Counted from the stretch's first letter, positions 1 through 9,521 are shown. The stretch is DNA of 64,000 nt from Verrucomicrobiaceae bacterium (GCA_051252135.1 JBPOGH010000016.1:1-64000), one strand, 5' to 3'. The notes: generated from the sequence alone by a model not told the origin. A program made the numbers and translations.

Positions 1-2
1 TT

Positions 3-110
3 TTGTTCTTCAATGTTCATTCTATAAACGGAGGACTTGAACCTCCTTTGGATCGCGCCCATGCTGGGCACACACAACACGCAGTAGGCAATCCCTTCGC
101 CGCTGAGTAG
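3..110 (+). CDS. 3' end of a cassette-like ORF entering from the left edge (partial)
   Basis: Frame 3 is open from the window edge to TAG at 108-110 (...HTQHAVGNPFAAE*) and reads into the attC-like palindrome. The DNA is AT-richer than the rest of the window. Confidence 0.35.
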   Translation: MFFNVHSINGGLEPPLDRAHAGHTQHAVGNPFAAE

Positions 111-193
111 CCAAGTTTTTACAACACTCAACCATGAAACATTTTAGCAAAGTCCGCCCAAGCTTACGGGATACCTATGCTGATACGCTCGGC
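72..193 (+). mobile_element. degenerate attC-like recombination site
   Basis: Imperfect inverted arms GCAGTAGGCAATCCC (81-95) and GGGATACCTATGC (168-180), an AT-rich spacer, an AAC-containing left end and a GCTCGGC right end (one change from GTTCGGC), lying between two short co-oriented ORFs. Confidence 0.5.
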
Positions 194-228
194 AACAAAT
201 AGCAGCCCGACATTTTTGCACCATACTA

Positions 229-588
229 GTGGACTCTTCATCAGTAATCATCGCAACCGATCAGAATAAGCGAGTAAGTTCCACGCGAGACGCTTGGAAG
301 AAGCTTACGATAACTTCTTTCGCTACATGTTTCGTGGCTTTAATAACCGCATTTGCAGGCGTAAGCATTGAAGTCTTGGCCGGTTTTGAAAAGATGGCAG
401 AAACGAGCCGTGGTACTGCCGGTTCATTTGTTGGGAGGGTTTCTAATCCTCTCGATATTGCAGCTGTCGCATCGATGGTATTAATAATTAGCGGTCTCTT
501 CTTCTTATTTTCGCTGTTTAGATACCTCTCTTTACCCAAGCCATTACGTGCCGAAAAGAAGGCGAATCGGGTAGGCGGTAGATTTTAG
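229..588 (+). CDS. hypothetical membrane protein (putative integron gene cassette)
   Basis: 119 aa with two hydrophobic helices and low GC. The C-terminus (KANRVGGRF) runs across the attC/intron junction. Confidence 0.55.
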   Translation: MDSSSVIIATDQNKRVSSTRDAWKKLTITSFATCFVALITAFAGVSIEVLAGFEKMAETSRGTAGSFVGRVSNPLDIAAVASMVLIISGLFFLFSLFRYLSLPKPLRAEKKANRVGGRF

Positions 589-622
589 CTACCGCCCCCC
601 ACACCACCGGCCATACGGGTTT

Positions 623-679
623 GATTCGCTCCGCTCACCCTGCGGGCTCCCGATGGGAGTCTGTCTCGCTTCGCTCGGC
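623..679 (-). repeat. ~60 bp REP/MITE-like element inserted in intron domain V
   Basis: CCGAGCGAAGCGAGACAGACTCCCATCGGGAGCCCGCAGGGTGAGCGGAGCGAATC with an internal hairpin splits the DV loop. Confidence 0.6.
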
Positions 680-746
680 TGTAGCACGGCGGTTCCAACT
701 CGCCACTTGCGATCCTTTGGTCCCTTTCGGGCCGTTGGGATAGCAA

Positions 747-809
747 CCGACCAACGGGAGATCGCCAGCCTCTCAGGCTGCCCGACAGGGGCTACGAAGG
801 AGCGCTACC
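747..809 (+). repeat. ~60 bp REP/MITE-like element inserted in the intron RT remnant
   Basis: CCGACCAACGGGAGATCGCCAGCCTCTCAGGCTGCCCGACAGGGGCTACGAAGGAGCGCTACC. Same architecture as 623-679 in the opposite orientation, and it introduces a stop in the RT frame. Confidence 0.6.
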
Positions 810-1047
810 AACACACCACTGTTTTTCCAGGCTGGGCAGCCCTTGTTCTTCGAGCCAATCGTTGTTCATAGCTCCCCCCAAGCCCCCTCAACCAAAAAAG
901 CGAAGAGCCAACCGCCAATCGCCAAAAGCCAGCATCGCAAACCTTCCGACCATCGCTCGCCGCGCAGTCCCGATCATCACCACCACTCCCCACCCTACCA
1001 GTGATCGCTTGCCTGTCCCCACCGGACAGGATACCTAGGCAAGGTTC

Positions 1048-2097
1048 ATGGACCAACCCCGCGTCATCCTCGGAAACTCGAACCGCCGGTTCTCGGGAGT
1101 CACTTCCACCATGCTTCAGACCCTCCCTGAAGTCCAAAAGCGCGTCCCCCTCGCCGTCCTCGGGAAACACCACCTCCCCGCCGACGTCCCCGTCCTCACC
1201 TTCCGCCAGTTCGTCAAGCTCTGCCGCCAGCCCCTCCCCGATGGCTCCCACCGCGTCTTCCACGCCCGGCGAAACGACGAAATGATCCAGGCCCTCCTCG
1301 CCAAGCGACTCTTCGGTGCCAAACTCAAGATCATCTTCACCTCCACCGCCCAGCGCCACCACTCCGGCTTCACCAAAAAGCTCATGGGCCAAATGGACGG
1401 CATCATCACCACCTGCACCGCCGCCGGATCGTATTTGGAAAAACCGGCCGACGTCACCATCCCCCACGGAGTCGACCTCGACCGCTACCAACCACCTGCC
1501 GACCGCTCAGCCGCCTGGAAAAAACTCGGCTTCCCGGGCGAATACGGCATTGGCATCTTCGGCCGCGTCCGCTCCCAAAAAGGCGTCGACGTCCTCATCG
1601 ACGCCGCCCTTCCCCTCCTCAAGGACCACCCCAAGTTCACCATCGTCATCGTCGGCGAAACCACCCCCAAGTTCATCCCTTTCCAAAAGGAATACGAAGA
1701 AAAGATCGCCGCCGCCGGCCTCAGCGACCGCATCATCTTCCACGGCAAACGCCCCGGCTCCGAACTCCCCGGCCTCTTCCAGGCCATGTCTCTCGTCACC
1801 GCCCTCAGCCGGAACGAAGGCTTCGGCCTCACCGTCCTCGAAGCCATGGCCTCCGGATCCGCCGTCCTCGCCTCCCACGCCGGAGCGTGGCAGGACATCA
1901 TCACCGAAGGAGATCACGGCTACACCGTCCCCTGTGGCGATGTCGAAGCCACCCGCACCAAGCTCGCCCTCCTCATGGCCGACCCCGAAAAACTCCTTCA
2001 AATGGGCCGCGCCGGACGTCAACATGTCGAGGCCCACTACTCCATCGAACGGGAAGCCGCCGCCCTCTGCGACTTCTACCGCCACCTTTCCCAGTAA
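1048..2097 (+). CDS. GT4 glycosyltransferase (LpcC/LpsB-like LPS core mannosyltransferase)
   Basis: N-terminal RRFSGVTST, GRVRSQKG and the GT4 motif EGFGLTVLEAMASG. Confidence 0.85.
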   Translation: MDQPRVILGNSNRRFSGVTSTMLQTLPEVQKRVPLAVLGKHHLPADVPVLTFRQFVKLCRQPLPDGSHRVFHARRNDEMIQALLAKRLFGAKLKIIFTSTAQRHHSGFTKKLMGQMDGIITTCTAAGSYLEKPADVTIPHGVDLDRYQPPADRSAAWKKLGFPGEYGIGIFGRVRSQKGVDVLIDAALPLLKDHPKFTIVIVGETTPKFIPFQKEYEEKIAAAGLSDRIIFHGKRPGSELPGLFQAMSLVTALSRNEGFGLTVLEAMASGSAVLASHAGAWQDIITEGDHGYTVPCGDVEATRTKLALLMADPEKLLQMGRAGRQHVEAHYSIEREAAALCDFYRHLSQ

Positions 2098-2110
2098 CAC
2101 CCGCCGCTCC

Positions 2111-3304
2111 GTGCCTAAAAATAGCCGTCCCAAACTCCTCAACTGGCTCGAATACGGTGTCCTCATCATCGTCGAATCCGGACTGCGCCTGCTCTCGGTC
2201 AGCACCACCTACTCCATCGGCCAGTTTCTCGGCCGCCTCGGCTACCGCGTCCTCCCCTACTACCGGAATCTCCTCATGCGGAACTTCCGCTACGCCTACG
2301 GGACCGAAAAGTCACTCGAAGAACTCCGGGAACTCACCGAGGAAACCTTCGAGCAAAACGGAGCCAATCTCATCTCCGCCCTCCGCATCCCCTTCTGCCC
2401 GGACGAACAAAAACTCGAGCACGTCGTCTTCAAAAATAAGGAAATCCTCGCCGAAGCACTCGCCGAGGACAAAGGCGTCATCATCGTCGCCCCCCACATG
2501 GGCAACTGGGAGCTCCTCGCCCAGACCGTGAATCTCATTCACCACAACGCCGTCGTCGGCACCCACTACCGCCCCCTCAACAACCCCATCCTCGACAAGC
2601 TCATCAAAGAGCGGCGCTCCAAAAAAGGACTCCACCTTTTTCCCAAACTCTCCTCCACCCACAAGCTCGCCTCCTTCATCCGCGATAAAGGAGTCCTCGG
2701 CATCATGTCCGACCAACGCGTCGGCGAGCGCGGCGAACCCACCGTCTACTTCGGCCGCCCCACCACCTTCTCCCCCCTTCCCGCCGTCCTCGCCAAGCGC
2801 ACCGGCGCCCCCATGATCGGCCTCCACTGCCGCACCATCGCCCCCCACCTCTGGGAGGTCACTATCACCCGCGTCACCAACCCCACCCCCCAGGCCTGCG
2901 CCACCAGCATCGAGGACGCCATCAACCGCGCCCCCCGGGACGCCTTCTGGTTCCAGGACCGCTGGCGCGTCGTCGGCCGTCGCCCCTTCCGCTTCATCGA
3001 AAAGGACGAAGCCTACGGCCCCATCAAACAACCACTCCGCCTCGGCATCATCAATTTCCCCGGCCAAGCCCCGCAACCCCTCGGATACCCCGCCCGCCTC
3101 GCCACTCAGGAACACCTCGAAATCGATCCCGATTCCCCCGACTCCCTCATCGCCGAACAACTCGCGGAAGCGGAAAAGTCGCAGTTCATCCCCTTCGATG
3201 CCTTCGTCGTTCCCGCAGCCATCCAGCGGCGCATCCGCAAAATCACCCCCTTCGCCGCAGTCTTCGCCCTCGAAAACATTGCCCCTTCGGACCCCGCATC
3301 GTAA
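2111..3304 (+). CDS. lipid A late acyltransferase (LpxL/HtrB family) with C-terminal extension
   Basis: HMGNWE, YRPLNNP, DQ and FWFQDRWR motifs. GTG start at 2111 chosen directly after the GT4 stop; the upstream part of the track ORF is shadow sequence. Confidence 0.85.
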   Translation: MPKNSRPKLLNWLEYGVLIIVESGLRLLSVSTTYSIGQFLGRLGYRVLPYYRNLLMRNFRYAYGTEKSLEELRELTEETFEQNGANLISALRIPFCPDEQKLEHVVFKNKEILAEALAEDKGVIIVAPHMGNWELLAQTVNLIHHNAVVGTHYRPLNNPILDKLIKERRSKKGLHLFPKLSSTHKLASFIRDKGVLGIMSDQRVGERGEPTVYFGRPTTFSPLPAVLAKRTGAPMIGLHCRTIAPHLWEVTITRVTNPTPQACATSIEDAINRAPRDAFWFQDRWRVVGRRPFRFIEKDEAYGPIKQPLRLGIINFPGQAPQPLGYPARLATQEHLEIDPDSPDSLIAEQLAEAEKSQFIPFDAFVVPAAIQRRIRKITPFAAVFALENIAPSDPAS

Positions 3305-3322
3305 AACCCTTTCCAGCACACT

Positions 3323-4339
3323 ATGAAATCCATCCTCATCACCGGCGGCACCGGCTCCTTTGGAAAACGCTTCATTTCCCGTCTCCTCGCCGAGCACCCC
3401 GAGGTCGAGCGCATCGTCATCTACTCCCGCGACGAGCTCAAACAGTTCGAAATGGCCCAAACCTTCTCGCAGGAACAGTACCCCCAGCTCCGCTACTTCA
3501 TCGGAGATGTCCGCGATAAAGACCGCCTCCAGCGCGCCCTCGAGGGCATCGACACCGTCATCCACGCCGCCGCCCTCAAGCAGGTCCCCACTGCCGAATA
3601 CAACCCCTTCGAGTGCATCAAGACCAACGTCATGGGCGCTCAAAATATCATCGAAGCCTGCCTCGATGCCGGAGTCACCCGCGTCGTCGCCCTTTCCACC
3701 GATAAGGCCGCCGCACCCGTCAATCTCTACGGAGCCACCAAGCTCTGCTCGGACAAGCTCTTCATCGCCGCCACCAACATGATCGGCGCACGCGACCTCA
3801 CCTTCTCCGTCGTCCGCTACGGAAATGTCATGGGCTCCCGCGGCTCCGTCATCCCCTTCTTCATGAACAAGCGCGACTCCGGCACCCTCCCCATCACCGA
3901 CACCGCCATGACCCGCTTCAACATCTCCCTCGATGAAGGTGTCGACATGGTCTTCTACGCGGCCGAGCACGCCATCGGCGGAGAAATCTTCGTCCCCAAG
4001 ATTCCCTCCTACCGCATCACCGATGTCGCCACCGCCATCGCCCCAAGCTGTAAGCAGGAGGTCGTCGGCATCCGCCCCGGTGAAAAAATCCACGAGGAAA
4101 TGATCACCTCCAGCGACTCACCCAACACCATCGAAGCGGACAAATACTACGTCATCGTCCCCAACCTCATGGGCCACACCTTCGATGAAACCATGGACCG
4201 CTACAAAGCCCACTACAACGCCTCCAGCGTTCCCGATGGCTTCTGCTACTCATCCGGTGACAACACCGATTGGCTCACCGCCGAGCAAATGCGGGAGCTC
4301 ATCGTCAAGCACTGCGACCCCAACTTCGTCCCCGCCTAG
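3323..4339 (+). CDS. pseB: UDP-N-acetylglucosamine 4,6-dehydratase (inverting)
   Basis: ITGGTGSFG, HAAALKQVP, LSTDKA, YGATKL and VRYGNVMGSRGSVIP. Confidence 0.95.
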   Translation: MKSILITGGTGSFGKRFISRLLAEHPEVERIVIYSRDELKQFEMAQTFSQEQYPQLRYFIGDVRDKDRLQRALEGIDTVIHAAALKQVPTAEYNPFECIKTNVMGAQNIIEACLDAGVTRVVALSTDKAAAPVNLYGATKLCSDKLFIAATNMIGARDLTFSVVRYGNVMGSRGSVIPFFMNKRDSGTLPITDTAMTRFNISLDEGVDMVFYAAEHAIGGEIFVPKIPSYRITDVATAIAPSCKQEVVGIRPGEKIHEEMITSSDSPNTIEADKYYVIVPNLMGHTFDETMDRYKAHYNASSVPDGFCYSSGDNTDWLTAEQMRELIVKHCDPNFVPA

Positions 4340-4347
4340 CCACTTCC

Positions 4348-5553
4348 ATGGGCGAGCAATCCTTCATCCCCTACGGTCGGCAACACATCGATCAAGATGA
4401 TATCGACGCCGTCTGCGCCGCCCTCCAATCGGACTTCCTGACCTGCGGACCGGAGATCGAAGCCTTCGAAAATGCCTTCGCCCAATTCGTCGGGGCCCAA
4501 CACGCCGTCGTCGTCTGCAACGCCACCGCCGCCCTCCACCTCGCCATGCTCGTGGCAAAAGTCGGACCCGGCGATCGCGTCGTCACCTCACCCAACACCT
4601 TTGTCTCATCCGCAAATTGCGCCACCTTCGTCGGAGCCACTCCCGACTTCTGCGATATCGACCCCGCCACCTACACCCTCTGCCCCACCGCACTCGATGC
4701 CATGTGGACCGATGACATCAAGGCCGTCATCCCCGTCGCCTACGCCGGACAATCCGCCAACATGCCGGAAATCCACCGCATCGCAAAACAGCGCGGAGCC
4801 ATCGTCATCGAGGACGCCTGCCACGGCACCGGCGGAGGCTTCCAGGTCGATGGCAAAAGCTACCGCCAAGGCGGACACCCCTGGGCCGATATCACCACCT
4901 TCAGCTTCCACCCCGTCAAAACCCTCACCACCGGTGAAGGCGGCATCCTCGTCACCGACAATCCCGACTTTGCCGAAAAAGCACGCGCCCTCAGAGCGCA
5001 CGGCATCACCCGTGATCCCGACCAATTCCAGGGCCTCGGCAGCACCGATCCCGTCCTCACCGAGCGCGGCCCCTGGTATTACGAAATGGTCGACCAGGGA
5101 TACAACTTCCGCATCACCGACTTCCAGTGCGCCCTCGGATCCAGCCAACTCAAAAAACTCCCCCGCTTCATCGCACGCCGACGCCAAATCGTCGCCCGCT
5201 ACAACGAAGCCTTCCGCGACCTCCCCTGGCTCCGGACTCCCCAACTCCTGCGCCCGGAGGACGAAGCCGAAATCTCCTGGCACCTCTACACCACCCTCAT
5301 CGACTTCCCCGCCCTCGGTAAAACCCGCACCGAAGTCATGACGGAACTCCGCGAACAACACCGCGTCGGCTCCCAGGTCCTCTACATCCCCGTCTACCTC
5401 CAACCCTGGTATCGCCAGACCTACGGCTACGCCCCCGGCAAATGCCCCCACGCCGAGGCCTACTACGCCCAAGCCCTCAGCCTCCCCCTCTATCCCGCCA
5501 TGACCGATCAGGAGATCGACCGCGTCATCGCCGCCGTCAAAGCCCTCGCTTGA
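4348..5553 (+). CDS. pseC: UDP-4-amino-4,6-dideoxy-N-acetyl-beta-L-altrosamine transaminase
   Basis: IPYGRQ, EDACH, FSFHPVKTLTTGEGG and GYNFRITDFQCALG; directly follows pseB. Confidence 0.92.
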   Translation: MGEQSFIPYGRQHIDQDDIDAVCAALQSDFLTCGPEIEAFENAFAQFVGAQHAVVVCNATAALHLAMLVAKVGPGDRVVTSPNTFVSSANCATFVGATPDFCDIDPATYTLCPTALDAMWTDDIKAVIPVAYAGQSANMPEIHRIAKQRGAIVIEDACHGTGGGFQVDGKSYRQGGHPWADITTFSFHPVKTLTTGEGGILVTDNPDFAEKARALRAHGITRDPDQFQGLGSTDPVLTERGPWYYEMVDQGYNFRITDFQCALGSSQLKKLPRFIARRRQIVARYNEAFRDLPWLRTPQLLRPEDEAEISWHLYTTLIDFPALGKTRTEVMTELREQHRVGSQVLYIPVYLQPWYRQTYGYAPGKCPHAEAYYAQALSLPLYPAMTDQEIDRVIAAVKALA

Positions 5554-6343
5554 GTCGCTCAGCCGCTCGAAGAAGCTCAGCCTTCTCAAGAAGCGCAACC
5601 GCCGCTTCCACCTCAGCCTCTTCGCTGGCAAACTCCCGCTTCTGGTGATTCGGATTCACCTCCCGCATCCACGGCTGACTCGCCACCAACTCACCCAGGC
5701 CGGCGAGCGAAAACCGCCCCCCCTCAAAGTGCCCAAAAATCAAATTGAGCAACGCGTAGTCACTCGGATAATCCATCGTAAGTCGTAAACCCTTCGTACT
5801 CTCCGGAGCCTCAAGCGCCACTGTCCTCACTTTAAATCGTCCGGCCCTTCTCACCACAAACGGCATCACATGCTCCCGCTCATAAGGATCAACCGCCTCC
5901 TCGTGCGCCTGCTTCAGCGCATCAAAGGAAACCACCTCCGCATTCATCCCCAGCGGCAAGCCCGAGGTGATCGTGTAATCCGCCCCCTCCGCCACATGCC
6001 CCGCAATCACCCCATCCAATAACGAAAAATCCACACAGGGATTATCCCCTGTTAAGCGAACCACCACCTCCAGCCCCCGCTCCTTCGCGCACTCATACAT
6101 CCGCCGCAGCACATCATCCTCATCCCCTCGAAACACCTGCCCCGGAAACGCCGCCTCGATCGCATCATTCGCCGAAGCATCCGATGTCGCCACCACGCAG
6201 GACTCCACCACCGCCGACTCCTCCACTCTCCGGAAAATATGCGCCAGCACACTCGCCCCACCCGCCATCGGCAGCCCCATCAGCACTTTGTTCGGAAAAC
6301 GAACCGAACCGCACCGCGCCTGAATAATCGCCCCAATCTTCAT
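5537..6343 (-). CDS. SpsF-like cytidylyltransferase (probable CMP-nonulosonate synthetase)
   Basis: IIQARCGSVRFPNKVL, VRLTGDNP, REHV and RLTMDYPSDY. Confidence 0.85.
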   Translation of the reverse strand: MKIGAIIQARCGSVRFPNKVLMGLPMAGGASVLAHIFRRVEESAVVESCVVATSDASANDAIEAAFPGQVFRGDEDDVLRRMYECAKERGLEVVVRLTGDNPCVDFSLLDGVIAGHVAEGADYTITSGLPLGMNAEVVSFDALKQAHEEAVDPYEREHVMPFVVRRAGRFKVRTVALEAPESTKGLRLTMDYPSDYALLNLIFGHFEGGRFSLAGLGELVASQPWMREVNPNHQKREFASEEAEVEAAVALLEKAELLRAAERLKRGL

Positions 6344-6344
6344 C

Positions 6345-7115
6345 TCACTTGCTGGTCCAGCCTCCATCCACCACCAAATTATGCCCCGTCACGTAACTCG
6401 AGGCATCCGATGCCAAAAACACCACCGCCCCCATCAATTCCTCCGGCTGCCCCACCCGACCCAGTGCCGTCCGCTTGTTCAACTCCGCCACAAACACCTC
6501 GTTCTCCTGCACCCCCTCACTCGGAAACGGCCCCGGCGAAATGCAATTCACCGACACCCCCTTCGATCCCAAAAAGTTCGCAAAGTACTTCGTCAGCTGA
6601 ATCACTCCCGCCTTCGCGGCCCCATAATGCGGCGGATTCAAAAACTGCGGCACCTCCTCGTAAGCCCCAAAATCAGGCGACACCATCCCATACATCGAGC
6701 TGATATTAATCACCTTCCCCCCGCCTCTCTTCTCAAAAAACGGAGCCACTTCCCGCAAACAGCGATACACACTCCCCAGACATCCATCCATCGACTTCGC
6801 CCACTCCTCATCACTGATCTCCAGCGGCGCCTGCCCCTCCAGATAAAAAGCATTGTTGATCAACACATCGATCCCTCCCTGCTCCTCGTCCACCTTCGCA
6901 AGAGCCGCCTTCACCGACTCCGTCGATGAAATATCGCACGCCACAAAGCTCACCTCACCCTCCGGAAACGCCGCCCCGCACTTCTCCTCCGATCGACCCA
7001 GGACAACCACCTTCGCCCCCGCCTCTAACAGACCCCGGCTCATCGCCGCTCCCAAATGCCCATACCCGCCGGTGATGGCGACCACTTTTCCGCTCAGACT
7101 AAATAACTTCATCAT
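6345..7115 (-). CDS. short-chain dehydrogenase/reductase (PtmA-like)
   Basis: TGGYGHLG, LINNA, SSMYG, YGAAKAG and VDGGW. Confidence 0.88.
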   Translation of the reverse strand: MMKLFSLSGKVVAITGGYGHLGAAMSRGLLEAGAKVVVLGRSEEKCGAAFPEGEVSFVACDISSTESVKAALAKVDEEQGGIDVLINNAFYLEGQAPLEISDEEWAKSMDGCLGSVYRCLREVAPFFEKRGGGKVINISSMYGMVSPDFGAYEEVPQFLNPPHYGAAKAGVIQLTKYFANFLGSKGVSVNCISPGPFPSEGVQENEVFVAELNKRTALGRVGQPEELMGAVVFLASDASSYVTGHNLVVDGGWTSK

Positions 7116-7996
7116 CACTTCCATTCCGTTGGCAGCACAATCGTCTCATCCAAAACCGAGAATCCATCGAGCTCACCCATAAGCTGCCCAACTTCCGCCC
7201 AATCGTCAAAGGCTTCCAAATTTTCCTGCAACTGCCCCAGTCCCGCCACCCCCACCAACACCCGGTCAATCCCCTCCTGCCCCATCGCATAATTCAACAG
7301 CAGAGATGACACCGACACCCCTGCCGACCGCGCCAGTTCCTGCAGCTCCCCCACCTTCCCGCGCACCGAATCAAAATGCCCCGGCAACTTCCCGGGCTCC
7401 ATCAACAACAGCCCTTGCAAAAAAACCGACCGCGCATGCACCTCCACCCCGCGCTCCCTCAACTCCCCAAACACCCGCTTAAACCGCTGATCAAAAACAT
7501 TGAAAGGCACCTGCAAAATATCGAACTCAATCCCCTCCTCCCACATCCGCTCCACTTCCTCCACCCGATAAACCGAAACCCCCGCCTTCACGATTTTCCC
7601 CTCCCCTTTGGCCCGCTCCAAAAACTCCCGCACCTCACTTCGCATCATTTCTCCCGGAGCATGCACCAAATAACCCGCCAAACTCTCCACCCCCAATTTC
7701 TCCAGCGACCGGTCCAAGGACACCCCAAATTCCTCCCCCTTCAACCCACCCGGCAGTTTCGAAATCATCTCAAAGCCGCCCTTCCCTCCCAAACACGCCC
7801 CGATCACTTCCTCGCTCGTCCCATACGCCGCCGCCGTATCCAATCCACCCACCCCGCATCGACCCGCCAACGCCAGAATCTCCCCCACCTCCTCAGGCGA
7901 CACCTTCCCCCCCGCATTGCTGATCCCGTAATCGAGACCGAACTGCACCGTCCCCAGCACCAGCTTCGCGCACCATGCCTGTTGTTTTTCCTTCAT
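7115..7996 (-). CDS. aldo/keto reductase (nonulosonate-cluster type)
   Basis: LVLGTVQFGLDYGISN, LDTAAAYG and RSVFLQGLL; TGATG overlap with the SDR start. Confidence 0.88.
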   Translation of the reverse strand: MKEKQQAWCAKLVLGTVQFGLDYGISNAGGKVSPEEVGEILALAGRCGVGGLDTAAAYGTSEEVIGACLGGKGGFEMISKLPGGLKGEEFGVSLDRSLEKLGVESLAGYLVHAPGEMMRSEVREFLERAKGEGKIVKAGVSVYRVEEVERMWEEGIEFDILQVPFNVFDQRFKRVFGELRERGVEVHARSVFLQGLLLMEPGKLPGHFDSVRGKVGELQELARSAGVSVSSLLLNYAMGQEGIDRVLVGVAGLGQLQENLEAFDDWAEVGQLMGELDGFSVLDETIVLPTEWK

Positions 7997-8060
7997 TTGG
8001 CTCCTGCCGAAGGTAAAGCTCTGGCACAAGATAGCAATCTCTCCCATCCTCATTCCATTC

Positions 8061-9521
8061 ATGCAGACCATTGTCATCCGCGCCGACGCCAGCAGCACCA
8101 TCGGCACCGGACACCTCATGCGCATGATCGCCCTCGCCCAAGCCCACCAACGGCGCGGAGGAAACACCATCTTCGCCACCGCGGCCTGCCCACAACCACT
8201 CGCAGACCGTCTCGTCTCCGCAGGCTTCGAGCATCACTCTTTGGAACAGGTCGAACCCGGCTCGTCCCGGGACGCCCAACTCACAAAGGAAATTTGCCGG
8301 GAGTCGAACGCCACCTGGCTCGTCATCGATGGCTACCATTTCGAAAAGGACTTCTCTGAAGGACTCGCCACCCCCGATTTCAAAATCCTCTCCCTCACCG
8401 ACTCCGATCAAGGCACCCAGGTTCAACCCAACGCCATCCTCAACCAAAATCTGGGAGCCGAAAAGTTCACCTTCCCTCCGGAAATCGAAACTCTCCTCGG
8501 CACCCGCTACGCCCTCCTCCGTCAGGATTTCCTCGACCATCCCAAGCCCCCGCCAAAGGACGGCCCCGTTAAAAATCTCCTCATCACTTTTGGCGGATCC
8601 GATCCCATCAACGCCACCTCCTGGGCACTCCAGGCACTCGACTCCCTCGATCTCTCCGCCATCAAGGTCCGCGCCATCATCGGCCCCGCCAATCCCCACC
8701 GCGACGAACTCCTCGCCCTCTCTCTCTCCTACCCCGTCGAATTCAAAACCGCCGTCACCGACATGCCGGCCGAATACGCCTGGGCCGACTCCATCATTTC
8801 CGCCGGCGGCTCCTCTTGCTGGGAATGGCTCTACTTCGGACTCCGCGGCGCCGTCGCCACCATCGCCGACAATCAGGAACCCATCACCACCGAACTCCGC
8901 GAGCAACGCCTCGCCCTCTCCCTCGGTTGGCCCGGCGAAAACGACGCCCCCTCCCTCCTTTCCATCTGGCTCAAATCTCCCGCCGACTCCCTCGATCTCC
9001 CCAAAATCGCCGCTCTCATCGATGGTCGCGGAGCCGACCGCGTCATCTCACACCTCGACCTCTCCCGTTGCCTGATCCGCAACACCCACCCCCTCCTCGA
9101 CGCCCGGTTCACCTTCGACCTCGTCAACCAACCCTCCGTTCGCAACGCCGGCTACTCCACCGACCCCATCCCTTGGGACAATCATCTCGCCTGGCTCGAG
9201 CGCCACTGCACCTCTCCCGAATCCCACCTCTTCGTCGGAGAAACCCTCGAGGGCGAACAGATCGGCCTCCTCCGCTTCCACCTCACTGGCTCCGCCTGGG
9301 AAATCGGAATCGCCCTCACCCCCGACTCCCGCGGCCGCGGCTTCGCCGATCACCTCGTCACTCTCGGCATGCGTGAGCTTGCGTCGCGGCACCAAATTTC
9401 CCACTTTATTGCCACCATCAAACCTCAGAACTCCGCTTCCAAAAATCTCTTCACCCGACTCGGCTTCACCCACCAATCGACCGAAGGCGATCGCGAGCAC
9501 TGGACCTACCACCTTTCATGA
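8061..9521 (+). CDS. pseG: PseG hydrolase fused to a C-terminal GNAT (PseH-like) acetyltransferase
   Basis: RADASSTIGTGHLMR, IDGYHF, ITFGGSD and ADNQ; C-terminal GNAT motifs RGRGFA and NSASKNLF. Confidence 0.88.
   Translation: MQTIVIRADASSTIGTGHLMRMIALAQAHQRRGGNTIFATAACPQPLADRLVSAGFEHHSLEQVEPGSSRDAQLTKEICRESNATWLVIDGYHFEKDFSEGLATPDFKILSLTDSDQGTQVQPNAILNQNLGAEKFTFPPEIETLLGTRYALLRQDFLDHPKPPPKDGPVKNLLITFGGSDPINATSWALQALDSLDLSAIKVRAIIGPANPHRDELLALSLSYPVEFKTAVTDMPAEYAWADSIISAGGSSCWEWLYFGLRGAVATIADNQEPITTELREQRLALSLGWPGENDAPSLLSIWLKSPADSLDLPKIAALIDGRGADRVISHLDLSRCLIRNTHPLLDARFTFDLVNQPSVRNAGYSTDPIPWDNHLAWLERHCTSPESHLFVGETLEGEQIGLLRFHLTGSAWEIGIALTPDSRGRGFADHLVTLGMRELASRHQISHFIATIKPQNSASKNLFTRLGFTHQSTEGDREHWTYHLS

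Larger units (their letters stand above)
566..872 (-). mobile_element. 5'-truncated group IIC (attC-targeting) intron remnant: RT/maturase C-terminus plus domains V-VI
   Basis: The minus strand reads GAACCGCCGTGC...CCGTATGGCCGGTGGTGT-GGGGGGCGGTAG-loop-CTACCGCCT(A)CCCGAT, i.e. DV with the class C CGC triad, DVI with a bulged A and an AY end, then exon TCGCC. Upstream, MNNDWLEEQGLPSLEKQWC...YPNGPKG resembles a IIC RT C-terminus. Confidence 0.8.

Noticed and set aside
8021..8036. Sigma54-like site upstream of pseG (TGGCACAAGATAGCA)
   Set aside because: GG-to-GC spacing is 9 nt rather than the required 10, and there is no associated palindrome.
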